64,000 nt of DNA, taken from assembly GCA_023379675.1 (NCBI GenBank), contig JAMCPL010000010.1, positions 51,021 through 115,020 on the forward strand, written 5' to 3'. Below the pieces are notes generated by a model, which saw only the letters and a list, made by a program, of their open reading frames with translations, ran no database searches and was not told the DNA's origin. Made by a program: the position numbers and the translations under genes. The first letter of the stretch is position 1. Each line of letters starts with the position of its first letter. This document shows, in pieces, positions 18,066 through 27,675 of this stretch. The stretch comes from Actinomycetota bacterium. Lineage in GTDB: Bacteria; Actinomycetota; Acidimicrobiia; Acidimicrobiales; JAMCPL01.

Positions 18066-19130
18066 GTGAATGCGATGGATCTCCACCAGAAGGACTTGCA
18101 GAAGGAGAGACTCCACGAGCAGCTGGCGTCTGCGTTCACGGAGCTATCGCGGGAGCTGAGCCCTCATGTACGGCAGAACTATGATATCGGCCATCTGACC
18201 ACATATCGTGTAGGGGGAGCAGCCGCTGTGTATGTGGTTGCGCAGTCGCTCGAGGATCTGGAGGTCATCTACCGCATACTCAATGTTATCGCCTACAGTG
18301 GCCCAATTCTGGTGCTCGGCAAGGGTTCCAATCTTCTTGTTGCAGATGGCGGATTTCCTGGCATAGCCGTGTCGTTGGGGGCAAGTTTTGGGCGTCTTGG
18401 AGTGCCCGGAGATTCGATACATGAAATCCTGCCTATGGCTGGATATGTTGGGCTCGAAAGCGGAACCGGGGTGCTGGTGAGGGCAGGCGGTATCCTTGCA
18501 TTGCCCGTTCTGGCAAGGAAGTGCGTCTCCGTAGGCCTGCTGGGGGCGGAGTGGTGCGTGGGGATACCTGGTTCCGTGGGAGGAGCGGTGAGGATGAACG
18601 CTGGAGGGCATGGTTCCGACATGGCCGGCATCTTGGCGGGTTGCACTGTCTTCAATCTTTCGAGCGGTCACTCAGAGTGGCGGAAGGTCGACGATCTTCA
18701 TTCCGCATACCGGTCGAGTGATATTCCTGCGGATGACGTCGTGCTTTTCGCTGACATGTTACTGGTTGCGGGCGACAGCCGGATGGGGCGGACACGCATT
18801 GCAGAGATAGTGCGATGGAGGAGGGAAAACCAGCCGGGAGGATCCAATGCAGGGTCGGTGTTCGTGAATCCACCGGAGGGGTCCGCTGGGATGCTCGTAG
18901 AGGAGGCTGGGATGAAGGGTGCACGTATAGGGACCGCGCAAGTGTCGGAGAAACATGGCAACTTCATACAAGTGGATGACGGTGGCTCGGCTAACGACGT
19001 ATACGAGCTGGTTTGCCGGGTGCGCGAGACAGTAAAAGATCGCTGCGGCGTGGAATTGAGAACAGAGTTGTGCCTCGTGGGGTTTGCTGACGACTTACCA
19101 GGTGTGCATCGTGTGAGTGACTCGCACTGA
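18066..19130 (+). CDS. murB: UDP-N-acetylenolpyruvoylglucosamine reductase MurB
   Basis: LTTYRVGGAAAVYV, GKGSNLLV, the FAD-binding fold and GSVFVNP are present. A GTG at 18066 is preceded by GGAGGTGGG. Confidence 0.88.
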   Translation: MNAMDLHQKDLQKERLHEQLASAFTELSRELSPHVRQNYDIGHLTTYRVGGAAAVYVVAQSLEDLEVIYRILNVIAYSGPILVLGKGSNLLVADGGFPGIAVSLGASFGRLGVPGDSIHEILPMAGYVGLESGTGVLVRAGGILALPVLARKCVSVGLLGAEWCVGIPGSVGGAVRMNAGGHGSDMAGILAGCTVFNLSSGHSEWRKVDDLHSAYRSSDIPADDVVLFADMLLVAGDSRMGRTRIAEIVRWRRENQPGGSNAGSVFVNPPEGSAGMLVEEAGMKGARIGTAQVSEKHGNFIQVDDGGSANDVYELVCRVRETVKDRCGVELRTELCLVGFADDLPGVHRVSDSH

Positions 19131-19341
19131 CGTTTTCCACCTTGACAAATGTCGTCGCCGGCTGCCGGATGTGCGCCATGCGGATTGCTACGACGTGTGC
19201 AGCTGGAGTTGTACATATTGTGGCAGGTAATTCCTATTTTTTGCCGTTTATGAATGGAAGCGGAAAAGAGGCTATAGTTGGTTTCAGGTATGATGCGCTC
19301 GAGCGTAGAGTCGCTTCGGGCATGAGGTTCAAGGAGAGGAT

Positions 19342-20469
19342 ATGGTGGCGTTGGAGTCTAACAATTACTACGCGCTGATCAAGGTTGCTGGTGTTGGAGG
19401 TGGTGGGGTTAACGCCGTCAATAGGATGATCGAAGCGGGCCTCAAAGGTGTCGAGTTCATTGCCATGAATACTGATGCCCAGGCATTGCTCATGAGTGAT
19501 GCCGATGTGAAGTTGACTATTGGGGGTGACCTCACCAGGGGCTTGGGGGCAGGCAGCAATCCAGAGATTGGGAGACAGGCTGCAGAGGATCATCGGGCGA
19601 ATATCGAAGAGGTGCTCAAGGGCGCTGACATGGTGTTCATTACGGCAGGCAAGGGTGGCGGGACCGGTACTGGAGCGGCGCCGGTGGTTGCAGAGATAGC
19701 GCGTTCGCTCGGAGCATTGACAATTGCAGTCGTGACGCGTCCATTCGGCTTTGAGGGAAGGAAGCGATCCACCCAGGCGGAACTGGGCATAGAGAAGCTG
19801 AGAGAGAAGGTCGATGCCATTATCGTCATACCCAACGACAGGCTGCTCACGGTGTCGAACGACAAGACGACCATGGTGGCTGCGTTCAGGGCAGCCGATG
19901 AGGTATTGCTCCAGGGAGTGCAAGGTATTACGGACCTGATTACGGTGCCTGGCCAGATCAACACTGACTTTGCAGATGTGCGTGCGGTGTTGGAGGGCGC
20001 GGGAACTGCAATCATGGGGATTGGCAGGTCTTCAGGCGAGGGCAGGGCCGTGAGCGCGGCTAGGGCGGCAATCACCAGCCCACTGCTGGAAGCCTCCATC
20101 GAGGGAGCACGAGGCATACTTGTCAATGTTGCCGGTGGTGCCGATATCGGCCTTTTCGAGGTCCATGAAGCAATGGAAATCATACACGCAGAAGCACATC
20201 CGGATGCCAATATCATCTTTGGCACAGTATTGGACGAGTCTATGGGTGATGAGGTGAGGATTACGGTTATAGCAGCTGGTTTCGAGAGATGGGAAGACGG
20301 ACGTCACCGGGGTGCGCAGGCACCGGTGCGTGCAGGTGAGCGGGTAGCGGCCAACGGATCGGATCCGAGCAATAATGGATCCGCTGGCATCTTCGATGAT
20401 CTTGGTGATGATGACCTCGATTTGAATCTGAGCGACGACGAATTCGATGTTCCCAGGTTCATGCGCTGA
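19342..20469 (+). CDS. ftsZ: Cell division GTPase FtsZ
   Basis: [35 protein letters not shown] and NTDFADV are present, with a C-terminal [11 protein letters not shown] peptide. Confidence 0.97.
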   Translation: MVALESNNYYALIKVAGVGGGGVNAVNRMIEAGLKGVEFIAMNTDAQALLMSDADVKLTIGGDLTRGLGAGSNPEIGRQAAEDHRANIEEVLKGADMVFITAGKGGGTGTGAAPVVAEIARSLGALTIAVVTRPFGFEGRKRSTQAELGIEKLREKVDAIIVIPNDRLLTVSNDKTTMVAAFRAADEVLLQGVQGITDLITVPGQINTDFADVRAVLEGAGTAIMGIGRSSGEGRAVSAARAAITSPLLEASIEGARGILVNVAGGADIGLFEVHEAMEIIHAEAHPDANIIFGTVLDESMGDEVRITVIAAGFERWEDGRHRGAQAPVRAGERVAANGSDPSNNGSAGIFDDLGDDDLDLNLSDDEFDVPRFMR

Positions 20470-20560
20470 GACGGCTGAAACTGAGATCTGGGAGCGCATG
20501 GACAGCGCCCGTGCGGGCATTTTGGCAAAGGCGCCAGTGGGTCAGGTGTTCTGAACTTTC

Positions 20561-21241
20561 GTGATATACCTTGATTTCCAGGACACACCGGTCAAAGCAT
20601 GCTGGACTGGTGCCAGCGAAGGGGACCTGTCAGGGTTACCGGTTGGATCGCAGCGCAGTGAGATGTTGCGATGGCTGATCGGGGACAGGTCTTTGCTGAG
20701 GGTACTACAGGTGCATGGTTCGGTCGTGGTTACAGAGGAGGCGGTAGGCGGTCAGCCGTTACGGGTGCCAAGTGGAGATGCGATTGTAGCCACCGGTGCT
20801 GGTAGGTGCCTCGTGATCCTTACCGCTGATTGCATGCCGGTTGCCCTGGCGTCATCCGAGGGTATATATGGCGCGGTGCATGCTGGTTGGAGGGGCCTGA
20901 TGGCGGGGGTGCTGGAAAATGCAGTTGGTGCGATAAGGAGATACGGGGCGAGCAAGGTGTATGCCGCTGTAGGCCCAAGCATAGGCCCGTGCTGCTACGA
21001 GTTTTCGCAGGAGGGCGCAATGGCTGTTGCGGCCCGGTTCGGGATGGACGTCATGGCCACTAGCCATCGTGGTGCGATATCGCTCGATCTTGCCAGGGGA
21101 GCGGCAACGGCGCTTGAACGGGTCGGTGCAATTGTAACGTGGCAGGCCAATGAATGTACGGCATGCAGCGGTAAGTACTTTTCCTACAGATCGGGAGACC
21201 TGTCGTCGCGCCAAGCGATGTGTGTCTGGCGTGAGGATTGA
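20561..21241 (+). CDS. pgeF: Peptidoglycan editing factor PgeF (YfiH/DUF152 laccase-domain protein)
   Basis: QVHGSVVV, LTADCMPVAL, AVHAGWRGL and GPSIGPCCYEF are present. Confidence 0.85.
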   Translation: MIYLDFQDTPVKACWTGASEGDLSGLPVGSQRSEMLRWLIGDRSLLRVLQVHGSVVVTEEAVGGQPLRVPSGDAIVATGAGRCLVILTADCMPVALASSEGIYGAVHAGWRGLMAGVLENAVGAIRRYGASKVYAAVGPSIGPCCYEFSQEGAMAVAARFGMDVMATSHRGAISLDLARGAATALERVGAIVTWQANECTACSGKYFSYRSGDLSSRQAMCVWRED

Positions 21242-21245
21242 ACGG

Positions 21246-21995
21246 ATGGGGGCGCAACTACCGTTGCCAGCGGAGGGAAGGTCCGGGCATCAGCGGATCG
21301 CCTTGGAGGGCTTGGATGTTCTAACCGATGAGGTGAGATCGCGGCTTGCCGTAATTCGCAATAAAATATCCGATGCCGGTGGGGACGTAAGTCGTATCAC
21401 GATTGTTGCGGTTACCAAAGGATTTGGCCTCGTTGCGGTACGGGCGGCGCTCGGAGCGGGGCTGGTCAATATAGGGGAGAACTATGCTGCAGAGCTCATT
21501 CACAAGGCGGGGGAATTGAATGGCTTGGATGGCAGCGCCTGTCCACGATGGCATTTCATCGGTGCTGTGCAGCGAAGGCGCGTGGCAGCGCTGGGTAAGT
21601 ACGTGGATTGCTGGCAGTCTGTGGCAAGGGTGAGCGAGGGAGCGGCGATCGCGCGTTACCGGCCGGGAGCCAGGGTATTCGTGCAGGTGAACGCTGCGAG
21701 GATGGAGGGGCGTAATGGCTGCTTACCGGAGGATGCATGCGATCTGGTCAAAGAGCTGAGGGGATTGGGACTGCGAGTGGACGGGCTCATGACCATAGGT
21801 ATACAAGGCGATACTATCGCGACACACAATATATTCTCTGAAGTTAGGGACTTGGTCGATCGCTTGGAAGTGGCCGAAGTGTCCATAGGGATGACCGAAG
21901 ATCTGGAGACGGCGGTACGTGCCGGCTCCACCATGGTAAGGATCGGAAGGGGGCTTTTCGGAAATCGTGAAACAATCCACCACTCCGTCACGTGA
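21246..21995 (+). CDS. yggS: YggS family pyridoxal-phosphate homeostasis protein
   Basis: IVAVTKGF (PLP lysine), WHFIGAVQRRRV and LSIGMTEDLETAV-like EVSIGMTEDLETAV are present. The start is taken after the pgeF stop. Confidence 0.85.
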   Translation: MGAQLPLPAEGRSGHQRIALEGLDVLTDEVRSRLAVIRNKISDAGGDVSRITIVAVTKGFGLVAVRAALGAGLVNIGENYAAELIHKAGELNGLDGSACPRWHFIGAVQRRRVAALGKYVDCWQSVARVSEGAAIARYRPGARVFVQVNAARMEGRNGCLPEDACDLVKELRGLGLRVDGLMTIGIQGDTIATHNIFSEVRDLVDRLEVAEVSIGMTEDLETAVRAGSTMVRIGRGLFGNRETIHHSVT

Positions 21996-22028
21996 CTCGT
22001 GTATAGTTGTTGCGAAAAGGAGGTATAG

Positions 22029-22598
22029 ATGGCAGGTTCAGTCATGAAGAAGATGGCGTTCTATCTTGGGCTGACGGATGACGACTACGATGACCAAGAG
22101 AGTCTCCATGACAGCGAACAGGAGTTCAGCGATGGCGCTACAGCGGAGTTTTCCGGTAATACGGTCATCAGGCCCATCGGTAATGTGAGCAGGCAAGATG
22201 TACCGGAATACATGGATGGCGAGGATGAAGGCCCTAGGCGTGGCGGGCATAAGAGGGATCAGCACGTTACAGGCATCAGGCCACCGACGCCGCTACGTCC
22301 GATTGCGATGGAACCGGCCACTACGGAGTTTCTGGTTGTCCGCCCAGTGGAGTATGCAGATTCCAGGGTGGTGGCGGACCATGTGATGTCTCGCCAGCCT
22401 GTCATAATCAATTTGCAGACGGCGGAGCGGGATCTCATGCGGCGAATTATCGACACCTGCAACGGGGTGGCTTATGCTATAGGTGGTCGGTTGGACAAGG
22501 TGGCGGACCGGGTATTCCTGCTCACCCCTTCGAATATCAAGGTATCCGCGGCAGATCGTGAAAGGATCAAGGAAGACCAGCACCAGCAGGACGTGTGA
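22029..22598 (+). CDS. sepF: Cell division protein SepF
   Basis: N-terminal MKKMAFYLGL amphipathic helix and a C-terminal SepF core (VVRPVEYADSRVVADHVMSRQPVIINL..RRIIDTCNGVAYAIGGRLDKVADRVFLLTP). Confidence 0.92.
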   Translation: MAGSVMKKMAFYLGLTDDDYDDQESLHDSEQEFSDGATAEFSGNTVIRPIGNVSRQDVPEYMDGEDEGPRRGGHKRDQHVTGIRPPTPLRPIAMEPATTEFLVVRPVEYADSRVVADHVMSRQPVIINLQTAERDLMRRIIDTCNGVAYAIGGRLDKVADRVFLLTPSNIKVSAADRERIKEDQHQQDV

Positions 22599-22787
22599 CC
22601 TATGTTCAGTTATCGCTCTACCTGATCTGGATGTGCATGACCGTTACAGATGGGGCGAGATTCTGAGCGAAGTGCAAGCGCGGTGGTGCAATGGAGGTGG
22701 ATGTTACTCTACTGTCGCATAATATTCCGGGTGTCTATTCCTGGCGGTGAATGACGCTCGGCAGTTACCGGTACTAAGCTGATTTCT

Positions 22788-23057
22788 GTGGGAATTAAAG
22801 AAATACTTGTATTCTTGGTGGAAGCTTACATCGTGGTGCTGATCCTGAGGGCAGTATTGTCGTGGTTCCCCGTGCATCCGGGGTCACCTATAGGAGGGAT
22901 TTCACGGGCGCTGGAGTCCATCACAGAGCCGGTGCTGGCACCAGTCAGGAGAGTCATCCCGCCAATGTCCGCCGGAGGCATGGGAATCGATCTGTCCTTT
23001 ATTATTGTCCTGTTGCTCTTGCAGGTGGTTGCCATTCCGATTATACGGGCGCTGTAG
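22788..23057 (+). CDS. YggT family membrane protein
   Basis: 89 aa with IVVLILRAVLSWFP..ITEPVLAPVRRVIPP..GIDLSFIIVLL. It sits in the conserved position between sepF and divIVA. Confidence 0.85.
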   Translation: MGIKEILVFLVEAYIVVLILRAVLSWFPVHPGSPIGGISRALESITEPVLAPVRRVIPPMSAGGMGIDLSFIIVLLLLQVVAIPIIRAL

Positions 23058-23196
23058 AGATGGCTGGGTGACGGATAGGCACAAGTCGGACTGGCGTCCA
23101 GGTCAAGCTATCCCATTAGAGTACTTTAGGGCAGTTGGGTGGTGGAAAAGTACAAGTATCCACCACTTGTACCCTTGGAGTGGATAGTCTATTTAC

Positions 23197-24069
23197 ATGA
23201 CTATGGAAGACGTATCAAACGAGCCAGTGCCCGAGCAGGCCGGTAAGATCACGAGCATACGTACTGTGGAATTTCGCCAGGCTTTGCGCGGCTACAACAT
23301 CGACGATGTGGATGAATACCTCGAACAGCTGGCAGTGGAGGCAGATGCTGTTTTCGAGCGGATCAGGCAGCTTACCGAGCAGCTTGGTCATGCTAATGTC
23401 AGGGCGAGCCAGCTGGAGAGTGGTGCCGTTGTCCAGATGCAGGAAGCATCGAACCAGGTTGAGGCTGCCGCCGGCGCGCTCAATGACAGTACGGTCGAGT
23501 CGCTCCAAAATACGCTTATCCTGGCTCAGAAATTTGTGGATCAGACTCATGCTGAAGCCCAGGAACAAGCACGCAGCGTAATTGCTGCTGCTGAGAGCCG
23601 AGCCCAAGAAGTGCTTGAAAAAGCTGATGCCGAGGCGAAGAGGATGGTGGCAGAGACCGAGGGGCGCGTGAAGCAGGAAGTTGCTCGCTTGGAGCAGGTA
23701 CGCTCGAAGCTGGTAGGAGAGGTCGAGGCGGTTGCACGGTATCTTGATGGCGAGCGAACCAGGTTGCGCGGGGCGTTGACTGAAATGGTGGCATGGGTGG
23801 ACGAGCAGTTCAATCCTGCTGCTGCGGTGCTGAGCCAGCCCGCTGACCAGCGTGCGATGCCTGGCGCCGGCTCCTTGAGCCGGCCTGCCAGCGAATCCGT
23901 AAGTCCGGGAAGGGAGGATGGGTTACGGGGTGGCACCAGAAACGATGGCACCCGGATGACCGGAGCCGGGAGCAATGGAGCCGGGAGCAGTGGGACACAC
24001 GGCGATGGTGAGGATGTAGGCAGTATCGGGACAGGTGTCACTGACCCGGCAGGCCGGTCTACGGTTTGA
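23197..24069 (+). CDS. divIVA: DivIVA/Wag31 family coiled-coil protein
   Basis: I.TVEFRQALRGYNIDDVDEYLEQL DivIVA N-domain, followed by a long coiled coil and a Gly/Ser-rich tail. Confidence 0.9.
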   Translation: MTMEDVSNEPVPEQAGKITSIRTVEFRQALRGYNIDDVDEYLEQLAVEADAVFERIRQLTEQLGHANVRASQLESGAVVQMQEASNQVEAAAGALNDSTVESLQNTLILAQKFVDQTHAEAQEQARSVIAAAESRAQEVLEKADAEAKRMVAETEGRVKQEVARLEQVRSKLVGEVEAVARYLDGERTRLRGALTEMVAWVDEQFNPAAAVLSQPADQRAMPGAGSLSRPASESVSPGREDGLRGGTRNDGTRMTGAGSNGAGSSGTHGDGEDVGSIGTGVTDPAGRSTV

Positions 24070-24164
24070 GGCTGTGTCGGACTTTGATGACCCGTTGAAT
24101 CTATTTTCTTGATGGAAGTAATGACCTGTAAATAACTGCCTGGCGAGCGGAAGGTACAGGAATA

Positions 24165-27100
24165 TCAGAGTGAATGGCGTCGTATCGCAATGGTTATAGT
24201 GTTGCCATCGGGAAGTGTAACGGTTTCGACATACGTATCTGGACTTAGCGCAGTCTGGTTGCTGATTTCGTTGCCAGCAGAGTCCCGGAGGTGCATTTCG
24301 AGCGATTGTGTCTGTTCTCTTACGTAGCTGCTATTATCGTTGACCGCTTGAATAATGGTTCCGGGCAGGGTCAGGCCGAGTATGATCCTGTCGGATATGT
24401 CCAGACCGGCGTTTCTTCTGGCTTGCTGTACCAGGCGTACGACATCTCGGGCAGTTCCTTCGCGAGCTAGGTTGTCATTGATCGCGAGATCAAGGACAAC
24501 CACACCGGCATTTCCCGGCAGAGCGCGTCCGTTCTGCTCATTGAGCGGCACAAGATCGAGCGAGTACTCTCCTTGCTCCAGTGCGGTACCGTCCACTTCT
24601 ACAGAATTGCCGTCCCCGAGATGCCATTTACCCTCTTTGGCCGCGCGGATGACATGCTGGGTTTTCGGGCCGAGCCGAGGACCCAGGGAGGCTGGGATGG
24701 TGGTCAGCTTCAACCGTGCCCAGGGTGTGTAATCATTGCTAAATACCACTTTCTTGACGTTCAGTTCTTCTGCGATGACGTCCTTGTACTCTTCGAGCGC
24801 CGAGGTGTCGGCAGTTGCTACCGTCAGCGTCGATAGCGGCAGCCTTGCTCTGATTCCATTTGCCTTGCGGATGCCATGGGCTGCTGAGCAGATATCACGG
24901 ACCCTGTCCATGGCGGAATTGAGTACCGGGTCGAATGGCAGATCGCCTGGGTGTGGCCAGGTTGCAAGATGCACGCTTTGCTCGCCAGTAAGACCCATAT
25001 AGATGTGTTCCGAAACCAGGGGCAGCAGTGGTGCAGATAATCTCACCAGTACCGTGAGGACGGTGTGCAGGGTGTTGTAAGCATCCGCTTTGTCCTGCTC
25101 TACCACCTCGGATCCGTCACGGGCCATCCAGAAGCGATCACGGCTTCTACGGATGTACCAGTTGTCCAGTATCTCGACGAATGATGTTATAGCGTGGCAT
25201 GCGGCTGCAAGATCGTATTGCTCCATGTACGCAGTGAGTTGCATGGTCAAGTTGGCCGTTTTGGACAAGATATAACGATCGAGTACTTTTGTCGAGTTTA
25301 CGGAGAATTCACCACGCATCTTATCCGCGTTGGCATACAGCGACAGGAAGTACCAGGCATTCCATATTGGATTGATGGCAAGCCTGACCGTGTCGGCGAT
25401 TGCCATTTCCTGGACGACGAGGTCCTGCCCTCTGAGTACGGGTGAAGACAGCAGGAACCATCGCATTGCATCCGCACCGAATCTGCTGAAGATTTCCTCA
25501 GGTTCGGGATAGTTGGACAGCCGCTTGGACATCTTTCGCCCGTCATTTCCCAGGATTACCCCGTGGGCTATGCATGTCTTGAAAGCCGGCTTGTCGAATA
25601 GAGCGACAGCGAGCACATGCAAGGTATAGAACCATCCCCTTGTCTGGGCGACATATTCGACGACGAAGTCAGATGGGAAATGATTCTCAAACCATGACGC
25701 TCTCTCGAAGGGATAGTGGACCTGTGCAAATGGCATGGAACCGGACTCGAACCAGCAGTCGAGCACATCCGGTACCCTGCGCATGGTGGACTTTCCTGAA
25801 GGGTCATCCGGGTTGGGACGCGTCAGGCTATCTATCTCTGGGAGATGCAAGTCGTCTGGACGGCGTCCAAAGTCAGCCTCCAGCTCGTCCAGGCTGCCAT
25901 ATACGTCCACCCTGGGATAGTGCGGGTCGTCGCTTTTCCAGACAGGTATAGGCGATCCCCAGAAACGGTTGCGACTGATGGACCAGTCCCTGGCTCCCTC
26001 CAACCACTTGCCGAATGCTCCATGCTGTATATGTGATGGAACCCAGTGGATTTCCTCATTTCTCGCCAGCAGCCTATCCTTGATGGCTGTTACATTGACA
26101 AACCATGAGCTCACAGCTTTGTACACGAGTGGAGTGTCTGTCCTCCAGCAGTGGGGGTAGCTATGCTCGTAGCGTTCACTCCGAGCCAGGACACCTTTGG
26201 CGGCAAGGTCGTGAACAATTTTCTCATTTGCTTCGAATACCTGCAGTCCCTCATAGGGAGGTACTTCTGAAGTGAACCTGCCTCTTTCGTCCATGGGACA
26301 GACGGTTGCAATACCTTCTCTGGAGCAGGCTTCGTAATCGTCCTCTCCGAAGCCGGGGGCCAGATGGACAATGCCGGTACCGTCATCGGTTGTTACGAAA
26401 TCTGCCGTTATTATCCGGAAGGCATTGGGGGTTTCAGAGAAGAAGTCGAACAGCGGGCGGTAGCTGCGCCCGGCAAGCTGCTCACCGGTCATGTAAGCTA
26501 CCGGCGCCTGCTCACCTATTATATCGCTGTAAGCATCAGCCCTGGCAACTGCGATTAGGGTAGGTGTGCCGGCGGATCCATCCAGCATGTATGCCCCGTA
26601 GACAGTGCTGGAACCTACTGCAAGAGCCAGGTTGGATGGCAGGGTCCATGGAGTGGTCGTCCATACCAGCAGCTTTAGTTCGCCTGCCAGGAGGTCGGCT
26701 TCATTGGTGGTGGTATTGGTGGTGGTATTGGTGGTGGTCTCTCCGCCGGCTTGGCGACTTCTATCTTCGATGCCAGGGATTTCTGCAAGGTGATTGCTCA
26801 GGTTGTGGTGATGCGTACCCCTGGCTTGTGCCACTTCCTTGCTCGGATGATCCGGCGCAGGATGGACCGTGAAGGCCACCGTGACAGCGGGATCAATCCT
26901 CGGACGGTAAGAGTCGTCCTGGCGTGTTTCGAAATTCGAGAGAGGAGTCTCGCATTCCCAGCAGTAAGGCAATACCCTTTCGCTTTCGTACAGCAACCCC
27001 ATGTCATGCAGTCGCTTGAATGCCCACATTACGCTTTCCATGTATGTGACGTCCATGGTTCTATAGGCATTCTCGAAATCGACCCATCTGGCCTGCCTGT

Positions 27101-27533
27101 GTACGTAACGTTCCCAGGCATCGGTAGTGTCCTGGACCAGGGAGCGGCAGTGAGCGTTGAAGCGATCCACTCCGAAGTCGTGTATCGCAACCTTGCCCGA
27201 TACGCCGAGGTCTTTTTCTGTAGCCATTTCAGCGGGAAGACCATGGCAGTCCCATCCGAAACGGCGATCGACCCTCTTGCCTCGCATGGTCCAGAAGCGT
27301 GGTATGGCGTCTTTTACAAACCCGGTGAGCAGATGCCCGTAATGGGGGAGACCGTTGGCAAATGGGGGTCCGTCGTAGAAGATGAACTCTCCATCTTCGG
27401 GAGGATGTGCATTCAACGTTTTCTCAAATGTTTGGTTGGCATCCCAGTACGAGAGCACTTCCTCCTCTATAAGGGGATAACTCGGCTGCTGGCTAACCTG
27501 GGGATAGGGATTATATTGTGTATTTTCTGACAT
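24165..27533 (-). CDS. ileS: Isoleucine--tRNA ligase, long (type 2) form
   Basis: MSENTQYNPYPQV.. start with FYDGPPFANGLPHYGHLLTG (HIGH), WTTTPWTLPSN (editing domain) and GRKMSKRLSNYP (KMSKS). The start is taken at the ATG at 27533; the in-frame ORF upstream to 28208 is treated as antisense shadow. Confidence 0.93.
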   Translation of the reverse strand: MSENTQYNPYPQVSQQPSYPLIEEEVLSYWDANQTFEKTLNAHPPEDGEFIFYDGPPFANGLPHYGHLLTGFVKDAIPRFWTMRGKRVDRRFGWDCHGLPAEMATEKDLGVSGKVAIHDFGVDRFNAHCRSLVQDTTDAWERYVHRQARWVDFENAYRTMDVTYMESVMWAFKRLHDMGLLYESERVLPYCWECETPLSNFETRQDDSYRPRIDPAVTVAFTVHPAPDHPSKEVAQARGTHHHNLSNHLAEIPGIEDRSRQAGGETTTNTTTNTTTNEADLLAGELKLLVWTTTPWTLPSNLALAVGSSTVYGAYMLDGSAGTPTLIAVARADAYSDIIGEQAPVAYMTGEQLAGRSYRPLFDFFSETPNAFRIITADFVTTDDGTGIVHLAPGFGEDDYEACSREGIATVCPMDERGRFTSEVPPYEGLQVFEANEKIVHDLAAKGVLARSERYEHSYPHCWRTDTPLVYKAVSSWFVNVTAIKDRLLARNEEIHWVPSHIQHGAFGKWLEGARDWSISRNRFWGSPIPVWKSDDPHYPRVDVYGSLDELEADFGRRPDDLHLPEIDSLTRPNPDDPSGKSTMRRVPDVLDCWFESGSMPFAQVHYPFERASWFENHFPSDFVVEYVAQTRGWFYTLHVLAVALFDKPAFKTCIAHGVILGNDGRKMSKRLSNYPEPEEIFSRFGADAMRWFLLSSPVLRGQDLVVQEMAIADTVRLAINPIWNAWYFLSLYANADKMRGEFSVNSTKVLDRYILSKTANLTMQLTAYMEQYDLAAACHAITSFVEILDNWYIRRSRDRFWMARDGSEVVEQDKADAYNTLHTVLTVLVRLSAPLLPLVSEHIYMGLTGEQSVHLATWPHPGDLPFDPVLNSAMDRVRDICSAAHGIRKANGIRARLPLSTLTVATADTSALEEYKDVIAEELNVKKVVFSNDYTPWARLKLTTIPASLGPRLGPKTQHVIRAAKEGKWHLGDGNSVEVDGTALEQGEYSLDLVPLNEQNGRALPGNAGVVVLDLAINDNLAREGTARDVVRLVQQARRNAGLDISDRIILGLTLPGTIIQAVNDNSSYVREQTQSLEMHLRDSAGNEISNQTALSPDTYVETVTLPDGNTITIAIRRHSL

Positions 27534-27675
27534 AATGATTATTAAGTAAGGCGTCCTTCCACTACGGGTATTGTATGCTGTTTTGCAGCCTTCGTGCCAC
27601 ATGGTATCGTGACTGAACGTGACTGAACGTATTGGTATACACTTTGGCACTGCGGCAGCATGAAAAGGAGGAAAT

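Noticed and set aside
19142-19378. 78-aa ORF in the murB-ftsZ gap as a miniature FtsQ substitute.
   Set aside because: It has no TM segment or POTRA-like sequence, overlaps the ftsZ start, and has poor composition.
19234-20225. Minus-strand ORFs of 229 and 211 aa opposite ftsZ.
   Set aside because: They are shadow ORFs of the unambiguous ftsZ gene.
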